Assembly (NCBI GenBank): GCA_040954595.2
Contig: CM082587.2
Coordinates: forward strand, 3,480,275 to 3,544,274
Length of the DNA stretch: 64,000 nt
Direction of reading: 5' to 3'
DNA from: Balanoglossus misakiensis
Lineage: Eukaryota > Animalia > Hemichordata
How positions within the stretch are numbered: position 1 is the stretch's first letter; each line of letters begins with the position of its first letter. The notes under the pieces are model-generated. The model ran no database searches, was not told the origin of the DNA, and saw nothing but the letters and a program-made list of their open reading frames with translations. Below are positions 38,501 through 51,619 of the stretch, one piece after another. The translations under genes and the position numbers were made by a program.

Positions 38501-41500
38501 TGAAATGTATGTCAAGTTCGAAGCGTGCTCAACCATGGAGTACACTGTTGGAGACTGGAGTGATGTGAGTTTGCAGTTCCTTTATGAAAAAAAAAGTGTT
38601 TTATAGAATTCAATTGGATTCAATTATGAGCAGTAAAATATTATCCTGTGGTCAAAGTGTTTAATTGATCTTTTGTCCTACTCCAGTGTGATGCTGCATG
38701 TGATGGGGGAACCCGATACAGAGATGTTGCCTGTGTGGACACTTCCACTGGTCAAGAAGTACCACTTGACATGTGTCCCGGACCCAGACCACCAAACTCT
38801 GAACCATGCAATCTTCAGCCATGTGAACGTGAGTCTCTCTTAATTACCGTTCACTTTGTGCCACTCTGTTATGACGACATCACTCAGGTTTCTGTTCTTA
38901 TAGTTTCTGACCGAGCAATTCTGATATTCAGTAACCCTGGAATATATTCTTCACCTTGTAGCAATTGAATGTAACGCAGAAATCATGACGTCAGGCGGAC
39001 TTTTTCAAACGCCCAATTATCCAGTCAGCTATCCTGCCAGTCAAGATTGCTACGTCAATGTAACCAACGACCGTGGTTGCATCCGAGTTGCCTTCCTCAG
39101 CCAATTTGACGTGCAGCCCGGAACCGTAGAAGGTGTCTGTGATAACGATTATGTCCAGGTAAGAATTTGACTGAAAGTAAGGTCGGTTTGTTTTGGCATA
39201 AGACGTCTAAGTATACATTTTATTTGTTCATAAGATGATGTCTAAGTGATAACATTTTCTTGCATTTATTATTTTTTTTCAAATCAAGATTATGGATAAC
39301 ACTGACGATGAACTGACAGTATCATACTGCGGCAATGAAATACCTGATCCATGGGAATCTGCTAGTGGTTCTGTCAGCCTGAATTTCCATAGTAATGATG
39401 ATGCCAATGTGGGTGCAGGAGTGTGGGCTTATTTCACTTTTTTCCCATGTCCAGATCACCACTGGGTTATAGGCAACTGGTCAGAGGTGAGTTATTTTCA
39501 CCATTTCACCACCGTGGTTTGGCCCAACTCCTTTGTTTTCAACAGCAATGCTGGAACTTTATACAGGGAAATAGGTGTCTTAATTAATTCATTCTGTGAT
39601 TTCTGTCTCATGTTGTATAAATGATTTCTTTTCTTTTAATACCTGTCATATGTGGTGTACATGCGTCTTTGAATGATGAAAATCCAAACCTGTTCTTTTG
39701 TCCCACTCCAGTGTGATACTGCCTGTGATGAGGGAACCCGATACAGAGATGTTTCCTGTGTGCAAACTTCCACAGGTGAAGATGTACCACTTGACATGTG
39801 TCCGGGACCCACACCACCAAATTCTGAACCTTGTAATCTGCAGCCATGTGAACGTGAGTCTCTCTTAATTACCATTCACTTTGTCCCACTGTAGTTCTGA
39901 TGACATTACTCAGGATTCTGTTCTTGTAGTTTCTGACTGTGCAATTCTGATATTCAGTAACCCTGGAATATATTCTTCACCTTGTAGCAATTGAATGTAG
40001 CGCAGTAATCACGACCTCAGGCGGACTTTTCCAAACGCCCAATTATCCAGTCAGCTATCCTGCCAGTCAAGATTGCTACGTCAATGTAACCAACGACCGT
40101 GGTTGCATCCGAGTTGCCTTCCTCAGCCAATTTGACGTGCAGCCCGGAAATGTTGAAGGTGTCTGTGATAACGATTATGTCCAGGTAAGAATTTGACTGA
40201 AAGTAGGGTCGATTTGTTTTAGCATAAGACGTCTAAGTATACATTAATTGTATTTGTTCATAAGATGATGTCAAAGTGATAACATTTTCTTGCATTTTTT
40301 TTCAAATCAAGATTGTAGACAACACTGACGATGAACTGACAGTATCATACTGTGGCAATGAAATACCCGATCCATGGGACTCCACTAGTGGTTCTGTCAG
40401 CCTGAATTTCCACAGTAATGATGATGCCGATGTTGGGGGCGGAGTGTGGGCTTATTTCACCTTTTTCCCGTGTCCAGATCATCACTGGGTTATAGGCAAC
40501 TGGTCAGAGGTGAGTTATTTTCAATCTTTCACCACCATTGGGGAGGTTGGCGGCTGTGCTGAGCCATGAACATGATTGTCGCTGTGTCGTCAACTTTTTT
40601 TATATACCATACATCATTGAGAGCTTTCGAAAGAGATATTAGTATAATGGTTCAATCTCATCTTGATGTGGCCTGTTCTTTTGTCCCACTCCAGTGTGAT
40701 ACTGCCTGTGATGGGGGAACCCGATACAGAGATGTTTCCTGTGTGCAAACTTCCACTGGTGAAGATGTACCACTTGACATGTGTCCGGGACCCACACCAC
40801 CAAACTCTGAACCTTGCAATCTGCAGCCATGTGAACGTGAGTGTCTCTTAATTACCATTCACTTTGTCCCACTCCGCTCAGATTTCTGCTCTTGTGGTTT
40901 CTGACTGTGCAATTCTGATATTCAGTAACCCTGGAATATATATTCTTCACCTTGTAGCAATTGAATGTAGTGCAGTAATCACAACGTCAGGCGGACTTTT
41001 CCAAACGCCCAATTATCCAGTCAGCTATCCTGCCAGTCAAGATTGCTACGTCAATGTAACCAACGACCGTGGTTGCATCCGAGTTGCCTTCCTCAGCCAA
41101 TTTGACGTTCAGCCCGGAACTGTCGAAGATGTCTGTGATAACGATTACGTCCAGGTAAGAATTTGACTGAAAGTAGGGTTTGTTTGTTTTAGCATAAGAC
41201 GTCTAAGTATACATTGTATTTGTTCATAAGATGATGTCTAAGTGATAACATTTTCTTGCATTTATTATTTTTTTCAAACCAAGATTGTAGACAACACTGA
41301 CGATGAACTGACAGTATCATACTGCGGCAATGAAATACCGGATCCATGGGACTCCACTAGCGGTTCTGTCAGCCTGAATTTCCACAGTAATGATGATGCC
41401 GATGTTGGGGGCGGAGTGTGGGCTTATTTCACCTTTTTCCCGTGTCCAGATTACCGCTGGGTGGCAGGAAACTGGTCTGAGGTGAGTTATTTTCACCCTT

Positions 41501-44500
41501 TCACCACCATTGGATATTGATATGCAGTAGGTCTTCAGCCTGAAACTAGCATATGACTGACAGCATCTCCTTTAAAAAAATGTTTTTGATTTTCCCAGTG
41601 TGATGCCACTTGTGATGGTGGTGTGAGGGTACGCACAGTCGTCTGCCTGGAAGGTGCATCAGGAGACACAGTGGAAGATTCTCTCTGTCCGCCAGCTGGA
41701 AGACCTGTGGAGACTGAGCCGTGTAATGAAGAGCCATGCCCAGGTGAGGGCTGATAATTCTTTTGATTGATTTCATTGACTGACATAGTGTGATGTTTTG
41801 CTGTGATGTCTAATAACCTGGCACGCACCATAATAGGTTCAAGTTTCAAAACAACATTTTTATTGGATTCCCGAAAGCTACAACTCCACCGTTAAAGAAT
41901 ATGTTACAATACGATACGATATGATACGATACGATACGATACAATACGATACAATACAATACAATACTGAAAGTGTAATTCTCTCTCGCCACAAAGTAAT
42001 ATCTCTTATTTGACCATTTTCTTAATGCAGAAATTGATTGTGATAAGACAATCACAGAATCTGGCCAAACCTTCCAATCTCCTGGCTATCCAAATGCATA
42101 TGACAACAATCAGCTGTGTTTTACCAATGTCACAAATGATTTGGCCTGCGTAAGAGTTGCTTTCCTGAGCGCATTTGATGTGGAGTCTGGAACATCAGCA
42201 GATGTCTGTGACAATGACTATGTTGAGGTAAGTCTCAGATATAACCCTTTCACCACCATGGTTTAGTCCAAATCCTCCGTTTTCAATATTTTTAACAAAC
42301 TGCCACCACTGATAAAAAAATGTGTTTCTTTTCAGATCGTGGACACAAACAATGGCGCCCTGACAACGAGGGTTTGCGGAAACACTATTCCAGATCCATG
42401 GTTGTCAACCAGTGGTCATGTAGAGGTCACTTTCCACAGCAATGATGCAGGTGTTGGCAGCGGATTCCTGGCATACGTCACATTCAATCCTTGCCCCGAG
42501 TACGCTTGGGTTGCTGGAGAATGGTCAGAGGTGAGTGTGGTTTGTACAAGTGGCCTAGGTTTCTTTCTAGGACAGTCATCACCTTGGTGATTTGTACAAG
42601 TGGCATAGGTTCCTTCTAGGACAGTCATCACCTTGGTGATTTGTACAAGTGGCATAGGTTCCTTCTAGGACAGTCATCACCTTGGTGATTTGTACAAGTG
42701 GCATAGGTTCTTTCTAGGACAGTCATCACCTTTTTGTACTCCCCTTCCTTCCCCCCTCCCTTCCTTCATATCCTCCCTCTCTGGTCTCCCCCTTCATACA
42801 TTTTACTTTCTAACTCTTCCAGTGTGATGCAACATGTGAGGGCGGTGTAAGAACAAGGACTGTGACTTGCCAGAACACCGACAGTCAAGTTGCTGATTCT
42901 CTGTGTCCAGCTGGCGAGAAACCAGCTGAGTCTGAACCGTGCAATGAACAGCCCTGTCCTCGTAAGTAATCACATACTCAAGTTTCACCTGTATTTAAAA
43001 AGAAGAGATAAAATAATAAAAATTTACATGCAGTGATTTTTGTAATTTCATTATTGTTGCATGGTTGTTAAGCTCTGACATTTAAAATTTATTATAATGA
43101 TGATCGCTTTTTTGCTGCAGCTCCAAGTTGTGACAAGGAAGTTACCGTCGGCAACAGTTTGTATGGATACGACGTCGATGAATACATTAACAGCAGGCAC
43201 TGTGAGATGACCATCACAAACTCTGACGGGTGTATCATTCTCACCTTTGCCAGGTTCGACATTGAACCAGGAACCACAAGTGGCATCTGCGACAACGATT
43301 ATTTGGAGGTAGGTTTCTCTCCAGGTTCTGATTTCCTTCTTGTTGTGTTGTGTTGTGTTGTGTTTTCTGGTTAGTCAAGTAAAATCTGGCCCAAACTTTG
43401 TAACACATATACATGTAGGGTATGCAGCTATCATTGACGTCTTCTAACTTAAATTATTCCGTGGTTGTTCTTGACAGATTGATGATCTGGGAAGTGAGGA
43501 TCCACCACTGAGGTTGTGTGGGTCACAAAATCCGCCCAATTTCCAGTCGGTTAGCGGAAACGTGGTGCTCCGTTTCCATACCAATGAAGCTGTCACTCGA
43601 ACTGGTTTCCAGGTTTTCCCAATATTTACCACATGCCCTCTGTATCTATGGAATGTAGAACCATGGGGCGAGGTGAGTAGTTCATTAAATACATAGACAG
43701 ACAGAGAGACAAACAGACATGCAGACAGACTCATACACTATTAAACACGAACAAAATCTCTGAATTAGTAATAAACAACACATATACAAAAATTATGAAA
43801 ATGCATGATGACAAAAAAACTGAATTTCCATTAAGTGATTGTTTGCCTTTTACATACATGGTGACTATATTTGTGTCAATTTTCTGCACAGTGTGACGCA
43901 ACTTGCGAAGGTGGCACCAGGACCCGCACTGTGACGTGCCAGCAATCTGATACCCAGCAGACAGTTGCAGATGACCTCTGTGCTGCACAGAAGCCAGCTG
44001 AGTCAGAGGCTTGTAATGAGCAGCCCTGTCCAGGTAAGGCACACAGCGGCCGCAGACTATAGTTTGCCCTTTGCACTCATGGTTTCCAGTTGATTGTGTC
44101 AGAGTGGGTGCTACGCTGTGAATAGCAATTTTTGTCAAAGTTTGCACTTTCAGACATAGTGGTTTATCTCGTACCAATAACAGTTACCACAGCAAGCAAG
44201 ACTATGCCTCTGTGCAAACAAATGTGACCAACAATCTAGAACCTCTATTAAAAATTGTTACAACTGTGTATAGTGAAACTTGCAATTTCTGCCATCTTTT
44301 GGCCAAATCTTCTTTTCAAAAAAATTTTCACTTTGATTTTCAAGGTACGTACTACAGTGAATTCTCTCAATCTATTCCTTTTCCATAGGTTGTGATAGAA
44401 CTACCACTGAGCCCAGTTTCATTACTTCACCGAACCACCCCAACAACTACGACAACAACTTAGACTGTACGACCACTATAAATGGTCAATCTGACCTGTG

Positions 44501-47500
44501 TGTACGCATCTCCTTCATCGAGCTGTCTATACAAGCCGGCTCAGCTGTAGATGTTTGCGATAGAGATTACGTTCAGGTAAGACAACTGTAACTAAAAGTA
44601 ATTTTCTTCACGCTTGCTTGTTTGTTGCACCTGACGGGTGATACATGTACCAGCTTCAGTGTAGATACTGGCTATGTTCCACAATGTATTTCTGTATTCT
44701 CATGTATTGTGATTGCACATGCAGACTTATAAATGTGTATTCGGCTGTATAATTAAGATTTTGTGACTTTCTTATTCCACAGATCACAGACCTTGATAAT
44801 CCATCACTGACCGATACAATGTGTGGCAGCCAAGCTCGTACGTTCAACTCCTTGTCTCCAAACGTACAAGTTGTCTTCCATTCCGACGACAGCATCACCG
44901 ACACAGGATTCCAGCTGTATGCCACGTTTGTGACCTGCCCGCAGTACACCTTTGCAACAGGAGAATGGGGCGAAGTAAGTCGCTAATCACTGACAAATCT
45001 CACTCTGGTGGCATTGCACTAAAAATATGTATCCACCATATGGTCATGAGAACATAGAATATTCAATCATAAAGTGATGTATTTAATCAAATTACCTCAT
45101 ATCTTTATTTCATTGAAATATGGAAAATGGAGTGGGATATTTTTCATTTTGTTGTAAGGAAACTGTGTGATGCATGTTCTGTGTTTAGACAGATGGTTTT
45201 GATTATGATGCTGTGAAATGGTCTAAATAATCGCTATGGAGACCATTTCTGAAATATCGAAGCTTAATACCTGCATAGAGAACCACATGTACGGTAGATC
45301 AAAAATTGGCAAAAAACTTGTTACAATTGAAGTGTCACATTACAACAAATTTTAACATATACATGTACCGGTACCAGTACATGTGGATTGAGATGCTGTG
45401 TTGTATATACTGGTATATATGTGATTTGAAATAAAACCACCTTCTCTTCTCCGTAGTGTGATGTAACCTGTGGCGGTGGAACCAGGACACGCACGGTGGA
45501 ATGTCGCCGTACATCGGACGATGCAGTGGTGTCAGACACCAATTGTGTTGGGCAGAGACCACCGGCTGCTGAGCCCTGCAATGTGGAGGAATGTCCCGGT
45601 AAGATTGCCAGTAACATATGTAATGACTGACTGACTGAAGGAAGGAAGGAATAAATGAATGACTGGCTAACTGACTGACAGTGAATGGATGAATAAATAA
45701 ATAAATTAAGTTCCCCAGGTGTCAAGCATGGGTGTTATAAGAGTCCAATGTTGTTTACTACCATATTTATATCAACTATTTGTTTGTTTTTCTTTTTGGT
45801 AGCTTGTCAGGAAGATTTTACTGAAGGGGGACTGACTATAGGGTCTGCCAACTACCCAAATGCTTACCCACCGAACCAAGACTGTGTCTACACAATCACC
45901 AATCCCGATGGCTGTGTCAGACTTACGTTTTTGGCCTTTAATCTGGAGGCAGGAACAGCTCCTGGTGTGTGTGATGCCGATTATGTCAGGGTAAGTGGTT
46001 TACTCTGCTTGTTATTCAGGTGTACCGGTATCTGAGTGTTGAATTGATGTCCACCCGATGAGAAAGAGATCTTGCTTCTTCTTACTCTTTAACACAGCAA
46101 AGAGGGGATGATCATTTTTACTGAAAATCAGTCCCCGGGTAACATATACGTGTAGCTACAATGTACCAGTACATGTACCTTTAATTCACTCTAATCCATT
46201 ATCATACTTATCCTCTGACAGGTTGAAGATGATAACAATCCCAGTTTGACTGAGACCTACTGTGGAGGAGTCCTTCCTCCCAACTGGCTCTCTTCCAGTG
46301 GGTCCGTCACCATCACTTTCCATAGCAACGGAGCGGTGCAAGGATCAGGCTTTTACATCTTTGAGAGATTCGCGGACTGCCCCGTCTACAACTGGGTTCC
46401 CAGCCCATGGGGAGAGGTAGGTCTACCACAAGCATTGATTATAGCAGACACATACACAGTCATACAAAATCTGTGCTATTCTGGAAGTAAACCAGTACTG
46501 TTGTTGGTGTGAGTGAGAAAATATGGGCCTAGACTCGACTACAGGTACTTTGGAATATTAACTCAGTTCCTACTCAATTGTTCCAGTGCTCAGTAACCTG
46601 TGGAGATGGTGTGCAGACTCGTACTGTAGAGTGCCGTAACAGTCAAACCAATTTAGCAGTCGTAGATTCTCTCTGCACCAGTGCAATGCCACCGGAAAGC
46701 CAAGCATGCAACGAGCAGGCCTGTGCCATTGGTAAGTCAGTGCAAAGAGTGATCATGAAACCATAGAGGTGTGGTCTTGAATTTGCCATGGTAGCAGTGG
46801 TTAAATTTGTATACCATTAATGCTTTGAATGGGGCGTGGGAAAATACTTCAGATAATGCTGAGTGCAAATGGTTAGAGCAATCCTTGCTGTAATAATTAA
46901 AAACGTATTCCTTGTGAAGTAACTAACACTGATTTTTTCCTCCTCTTTCTTCTCAGACTGTGATGCAACCATCACCGACAGACTGTTGATATCGTCATAT
47001 GGTTTCCCTAGCAACTATGAGAACAACTTAGATTGCGTGACAACAGTCATTAACACAGAGGGATGTATCAACATTGTCTTCTTGGACTTTGACGTTGAGG
47101 CAGGCAGCGTGGCGGGAGTCTGTGATAATGATTATCTTCAGGTCAGTCCTACCATCATTGGCTGTGTCTTAAAAACCTGACAGCTTATTTGCGATATAAT
47201 ATCCAGCTGTGATCGTACGCATCATGTTAGATTCACTGATTAGTATACATGTATGTCTCCGTTGTTGCTCTCAGATTGAAGATGTCAGCGGCGGTCAATC
47301 AGAGACATACTGTGGCCTCTACTCTCCATTGCCGAGCTTTAATTCTGTGACCGGCAATGTCAGGATGACCTTCCATAGCAACGGTGCAGTCACCAGACCT
47401 GGTTACCGTGTTTTTGCTGACTTTGCTGCCTGTCCGCAGTTTGATTGGAGTCCAAGTGAATGGGGAACGGTATGTTGTTGTCTTATTTTAGCGCTCACAC

Positions 47501-50092
47501 ATTTAGTTAAAGCCTCTTAGTTAAAGCTTGCCGCTAAATCAAAGTATTTTATAGTAGTGTAGTTTTATGATTTTACTTTCGAACTTAGATTGATCCATTT
47601 ATTGAAGGGTAAACACCAACATATCATCAACCTGTGATCGTGGCTGTACTGGTACATGTATTTATGTTAAGTATTATCATCTGTTCCTTTTTCAAACAGT
47701 GCTCTGTGACCTGCAATGGTGGCCTTCAAACCCGTACTGTGGTTTGTCTGAACGTCCAGACAGGTGCTCCCGCTGCAAGTGATGCCCTTTGCACCAGAAC
47801 CAAACCTGCTGAGTCCCAGGCCTGTAACAGTCAAGCGTGTCAACAATGTGAGTCAATTATACCATGACCCCGTTTAACCAAAACAAGCTGAATTGTTTCT
47901 AAATGACTCAGTGTATAAAGTTGAATTAATGGATATAGGTTATAAAAGACTCGTTCATGCACATTCGATGTTCATTCTGTTTAATAATGTTTGGCTATTT
48001 TTTTTTGTCTTACCAGATTGTGACAGAATTTTGACCAATGCTGGCGGTCTGTTGTCATCTCCCAACTATGGCAACAACTATGACAACAACGAAAACTGTC
48101 TAAACACTATTGTCAATGCAGGAGGATGTGTTCGTCTTGCATTTGCTGCCATGGACATACAGGAAGGCACGTCACAGGGCGTCTGTGACAGAGACTATCT
48201 TGAGGTACTAAATGCTTGATCTGTTTTTCAAAATCTTGTCAGTCATTGGTTGTCCCCATCCACTGTTTGGGATGAACGTATTTTGTGAAACCTGTCATTA
48301 GGGACACCTCTCTTATCAGGACACCTGTCTATTAAGGACAGATTTTCTGGTCCCAGAGGTGTCCTTAATAGACGGGGTTTCACTGTACCTGCTAAACTGC
48401 TTAATCGATGGAATTAGAAGAATACCAAAGAAATAGGAAGGTATTAATTTGTGGTAAACCGAGCAATAGTTTTTTTTCTCACTGAGTGTTTCTTCCTTGT
48501 TTACAGATCATTGACGCCAGTGACAGCAGCTCGACGAGATACTGTGGATACACAGTGCCAAGTGAAGCCTGGCTCTCCAAGGGCACAACCGTCAATGTAC
48601 TTTTTGTCAGTGACGGTTCTGTGACAGCAACTGGCTTTAATTTGGTCTACACCTTCGAGAGTTGTCCCACTTACACATGGGCGTTTACTGCTTGGAGTAC
48701 AGTAAGTAATTAATACACCCAACATGAATCTGGCAGACACCCTTAGTCTTCAGTGTTTACCACTTGAAAATGCTGCTCCTGAAAAAAAACATGCACTATA
48801 CCCCGATATGTTTTATTTATCGACAACTACTTCTGAAAGACACAGAAACTATTGTAGTGCACGCCCAAGAAATACTATTTTATTTCAGGTATTTAAGTGT
48901 TGCATGTGCATAGGTACATGTAGCTTCAGAGCTAACTTTTCCTTTCTATTTTTTGCCCCTTTTTGTGGATCAGTGCACAGTGACTTGTGAAGGTGGCACA
49001 CAGACCCGCGCTGTTTACTGTCAGGATGAAAGTGGCATCATTGTATCAGACAGCCTGTGCCCAGCTGGTGGTAAACCGTCTGAAACACAGATCTGTAATG
49101 AGGGTGCTTGCCCGACACGCTACGCTTGGCAGTCACAGATCTTGCAAGTGGTAAGTCATGGCGTAAAAATGTGATCGTTTTCATCTGAACATACTACAAC
49201 CGTGCGTGAAGCGAGAAGTTCGTATAGTACAGTGGTGACTTTATCCCCTTCAAATTAATTTAACGTCTCTTGGTTTATTATTTCATCAGTGTTCTGTGAC
49301 CTGTGGAGGTGGTTTTGAGTTACTCTTTGTCTACTGTCAAGATCTGCAGTCAAGTCAAACAGTCGCTGATGGTCTCTGCCAGGGGGCCAAACCACCCAGC
49401 TCTCGGGCATGTAACATCGCAGCATGTCCCGCAGATGGTGTGCCAAGTAAGTGGTCTGAAGCTTAAAGTCATCCAGTGCTTCAAGGAATACAATTACCTC
49501 TACTTTATACATGTACCCTTATATGGTCAAAAGTCTATGCATGTACTAGTGGCATGCGTGGCCTGTGTTTTCGGCACTTAGTCCTAGTGATCGTCACATC
49601 CCAATTTGATTGTTTTCTTGTTGCTATGACAGCATGTGGAGATCGCGTCACTGAGCCGACTGGCACCATCCAATCACCTGGCTACCCCGTGCAGTACCCC
49701 AACAATGTGGACTGCGTCATCACCTTTGAGGTTCCTGCCGATACCCGAATAAAGTTCACCATCAACGTGTTCTCCCTGGAGACAGATACAAGTATTCGGT
49801 GCGAGAGAGATTATGTCAAGGTATGTCAACCCACTTCTACTGTTGTTTTACACATAGCTCAGCCAACTGAAATTAAATTCAGTGGTGGAATAACATGGTG
49901 ATTTTATTTTATTTTTGTTTTAAATTTCAGTTTGAGCCTTTGCCATCTAGCAACACAGCTTTGTACTGCAAGCAGTATATTCTTCCTTTGATCTGGGAGT
50001 CAACTTCTGGAGACACTGAAGTCAGGGTTCAGTTCTACAGCGATGGCAGTGGAACACAGGTTGGCTATTCAGCTACCTGGGAACACGTGTAG
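20564..50092 (+). CDS. Giant ADAMTS-like M12B zinc metalloprotease: SP, prodomain, catalytic, disintegrin-like, ~17 tandem TSP1, then alternating CUB/TSP1 (13 CUB, ~30 TSP1 in total); ~67 coding exons, roughly 3,700 aa (estimate)
   Basis: ATG 20564 MVPTNFLLILGVCLTAGLISA. Prodomain exons 21832-23754 (FHLILEP, CYYQG, STCFGG). Furin RQKR then KYVEILVVAD (~23900-23970). Zinc motif HEIAHL|LGVYHD split across 24625-24641/25040, followed by Met-turn FIMS. PGHFYDADFQC and PPLDGTSCG disintegrin-like exons. TSP1 exons from 26411. First CUB at 35346 (SPQFPGYYP...C..DYVE). Last CUB ends GYSATWEHV* at 50092. Confidence 0.92.
33798..33990. mobile_element. MITE with TTAA target-site duplication (Kolobok/piggyBac-type), intronic
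   Basis: TTAA-aggtatacggtcacct ... aggtgactgtatacct-TTAA: 16-bp terminal inverted repeat with 1 mismatch, 185-bp body, no ORF. Confidence 0.8.
38665..41512 (+). repeat. Recent tandem triplication of a ~1 kb three-exon TSP1-CUB module including introns
   Basis: TSP1 exons start at 38687, 39712 and 40695. CUB exons (GGLFQTPNYPVSYPASQDCYVNVTNDRGC; DNTDDELTVSYCGNEIPDPW) and their internal introns are near-identical in all three copies. Confidence 0.95.
41905..41967. repeat. (ATACG/ATACA)n pentanucleotide microsatellite
   Basis: atacgatacgat...atacaatacaat run in an intron. Confidence 0.9.
42537..42731. repeat. 49-bp minisatellite, 4 copies, intronic
   Basis: unit gtgatttgtacaagtggcataggttccttctaggacagtcatcaccttg at ~42537, 42587, 42636, 42685. 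Confidence 0.95.
48285..48387. mobile_element. Short MITE-like hairpin element (CAGTGAAACC-type ends), intronic
   Basis: gtgaaacctgtc ... gacggggtttcactgta inverted ends, plus an internal inverted repeat ctgtctattaaggaca / tgtccttaatagac. Confidence 0.65.
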
Positions 50093-50117
50093 AGGTATGT
50101 TGGCATGGCAAAGATTC

Positions 50118-50292
50118 AGCAGTCATGCAAGGTTGTCTTTGATTGGCCAGACCTGCAGTAGTCATGCAAGGTTATCTTTGATTGGCCAGACCTGCTGTAG
50201 TCATGCAAGGTTATCTTTGATTGGCCAGACCTGCTGTAGTCATGCAAGGTTTTCTTTGATTGGTCAGACGTCCACTTATCTTGCAAGGTTGT
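50118..50292. repeat. 39-bp minisatellite (~4 copies) in a probable 3'UTR intron of the ADAMTS-like gene
   Basis: unit agtcatgcaaggttatctttgattggccagacctgctgt; donor gtatgt at 50095, 2 nt after the stop; acceptor ctaacag at ~50378. Confidence 0.85.
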
Positions 50293-50603
50293 CTATAAGC
50301 TATCTTTCCAAAGAAAATCAACAAAGCTTTTTCACTAAAATGAGTAATAATCAAATTCTTCATGTTCTTCCCTAACAGATTTCATCATTTTTGGGGAAAT
50401 GCAGTCCAACTGAAGATGGGAAATGGAAAGCCATATTTTATCAGCTTATGGCATTTTGAGCAAGTTCATCAGATGCAGTATTCTTTATAAAATCTGACCA
50501 AGACAACATATTAAACCTTTAAAAAAATTGACTCAGCTAAAGATGAATGTAAAGCTATCAGTATTCATACCGGCAACATATTCTTGTGCCGACTGTAATC
50601 CTG

Positions 50604-50698
50604 ACCCTTTCACCCCTATTCCAATATGTGTAGGTCCACCCATTCCACTGAACATAGTAGGGTTAGACCAAAGTCTTGTAAGGGAGGGGTAAATGGGT
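50604..50698. mobile_element. Short inverted-repeat element (accctttcacc family); partial relatives at ~39500, 40525, 41495, 42244
   Basis: accctttcacccct ... aggggtaaatgggt, 12/14 inverted match. Confidence 0.55.
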
Positions 50699-50734
50699 TG
50701 ATTACACGAGATAACATTGGACGGACATATAATA

Positions 50735-50913
50735 CAGTAAAACCTGTCTAAACAAAACTATGTCTTATTCGGAAAACTGTCTACACCGAACACATTTTCC
50801 AGTCTCTCTTACACAGCATCAAATGTTCAAAGAAACTCAATAAACTGGACACCTCTGCAAACCTAACAATTTCATCAGTCCCTTTTGCTGTCCAGTTTAG
50901 AAAGGTTTTGCTG
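50735..50913. mobile_element. MITE (CAGTAAAACC-type TIR, Tc1/mariner-like ends)
   Basis: cagtaaaacctgtctaaac ... gtttagaaaggttttgctg, 17/19 inverted match, preceded by TA. Confidence 0.7.
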
Positions 50914-51606
50914 TGGTATATTTGCAATAATCTGCAGTGACTTCTTTTGATGTAACATACACAGCTTTGAACAGACAAATATAACACGTAAAAGAAGCCT
51001 GCAGATTATTTGTAAAGTGAGAAATTTGCCACAATTATTTTTTTATATTTTACTGCATAAATATTTACAATATTTAATATTCCTTCAGGGTTAATTGCTT
51101 CTGGATTACTTGGAAATAGTTGTAGCAATTTTTACTAATCGTGTAACTTTCAATTTGTCTCGTTTGAATTGTAAATTACATTAACGTAATTTCAAAAATC
51201 AATTATTTTTAAACAGTATTATTTTTTTCAACACTTGATATCTAACTGGTTGGGTATTTATTTCACAAAATCAGAAATCTCAGGATAATGTTTTTGATTA
51301 AGTGAATGTTGGACTTTTGCATCAGATCTTCGGTACCCCAATGTTCCCTGTATGGTAGACTGACCCACCCGAACAGTAGTAGAATGTAGACCAAACCACA
51401 GGGACAGAGGGGTGTTCCACAGGATTATTACACTTACATATACACAGCATTATATACATATCAGTATTTTTGATACTTTAATTGTTTGATATCAGGAGTA
51501 ACTTATGGATGTACAATTGGTGATAATAAATGACAATAGTGGAAATCGGTTTCAAGCAATCTACATTTAATGACGCGCACGCGTAATGGATCCCTGACCG
51601 CCCTCT

Positions 51607-51619
51607 GGGTCAAAGGTCA
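51607..51619 (+). promoter_or_regulatory. Consensus DR1 nuclear-receptor element upstream of the FMO gene
   Basis: GGGTCA-A-AGGTCA, ~300 bp upstream of the non-coding exon donor (gtgagt at 51904); a second DR1-like TGGTCAAAGGTGA at 52833-52845 in the FMO intron. Confidence 0.55.

Noticed and set aside
42537-42731. Regularly spaced repeats resembling a CRISPR array
   Set aside because: Head-to-tail identical units with no unique spacers, no cas genes, eukaryotic intron: a minisatellite
50043-50375. ORF with repeated SSHARLSLIGQTC
   Set aside because: It is a translation of the 39-bp minisatellite after the real stop codon, inside a probable UTR intron
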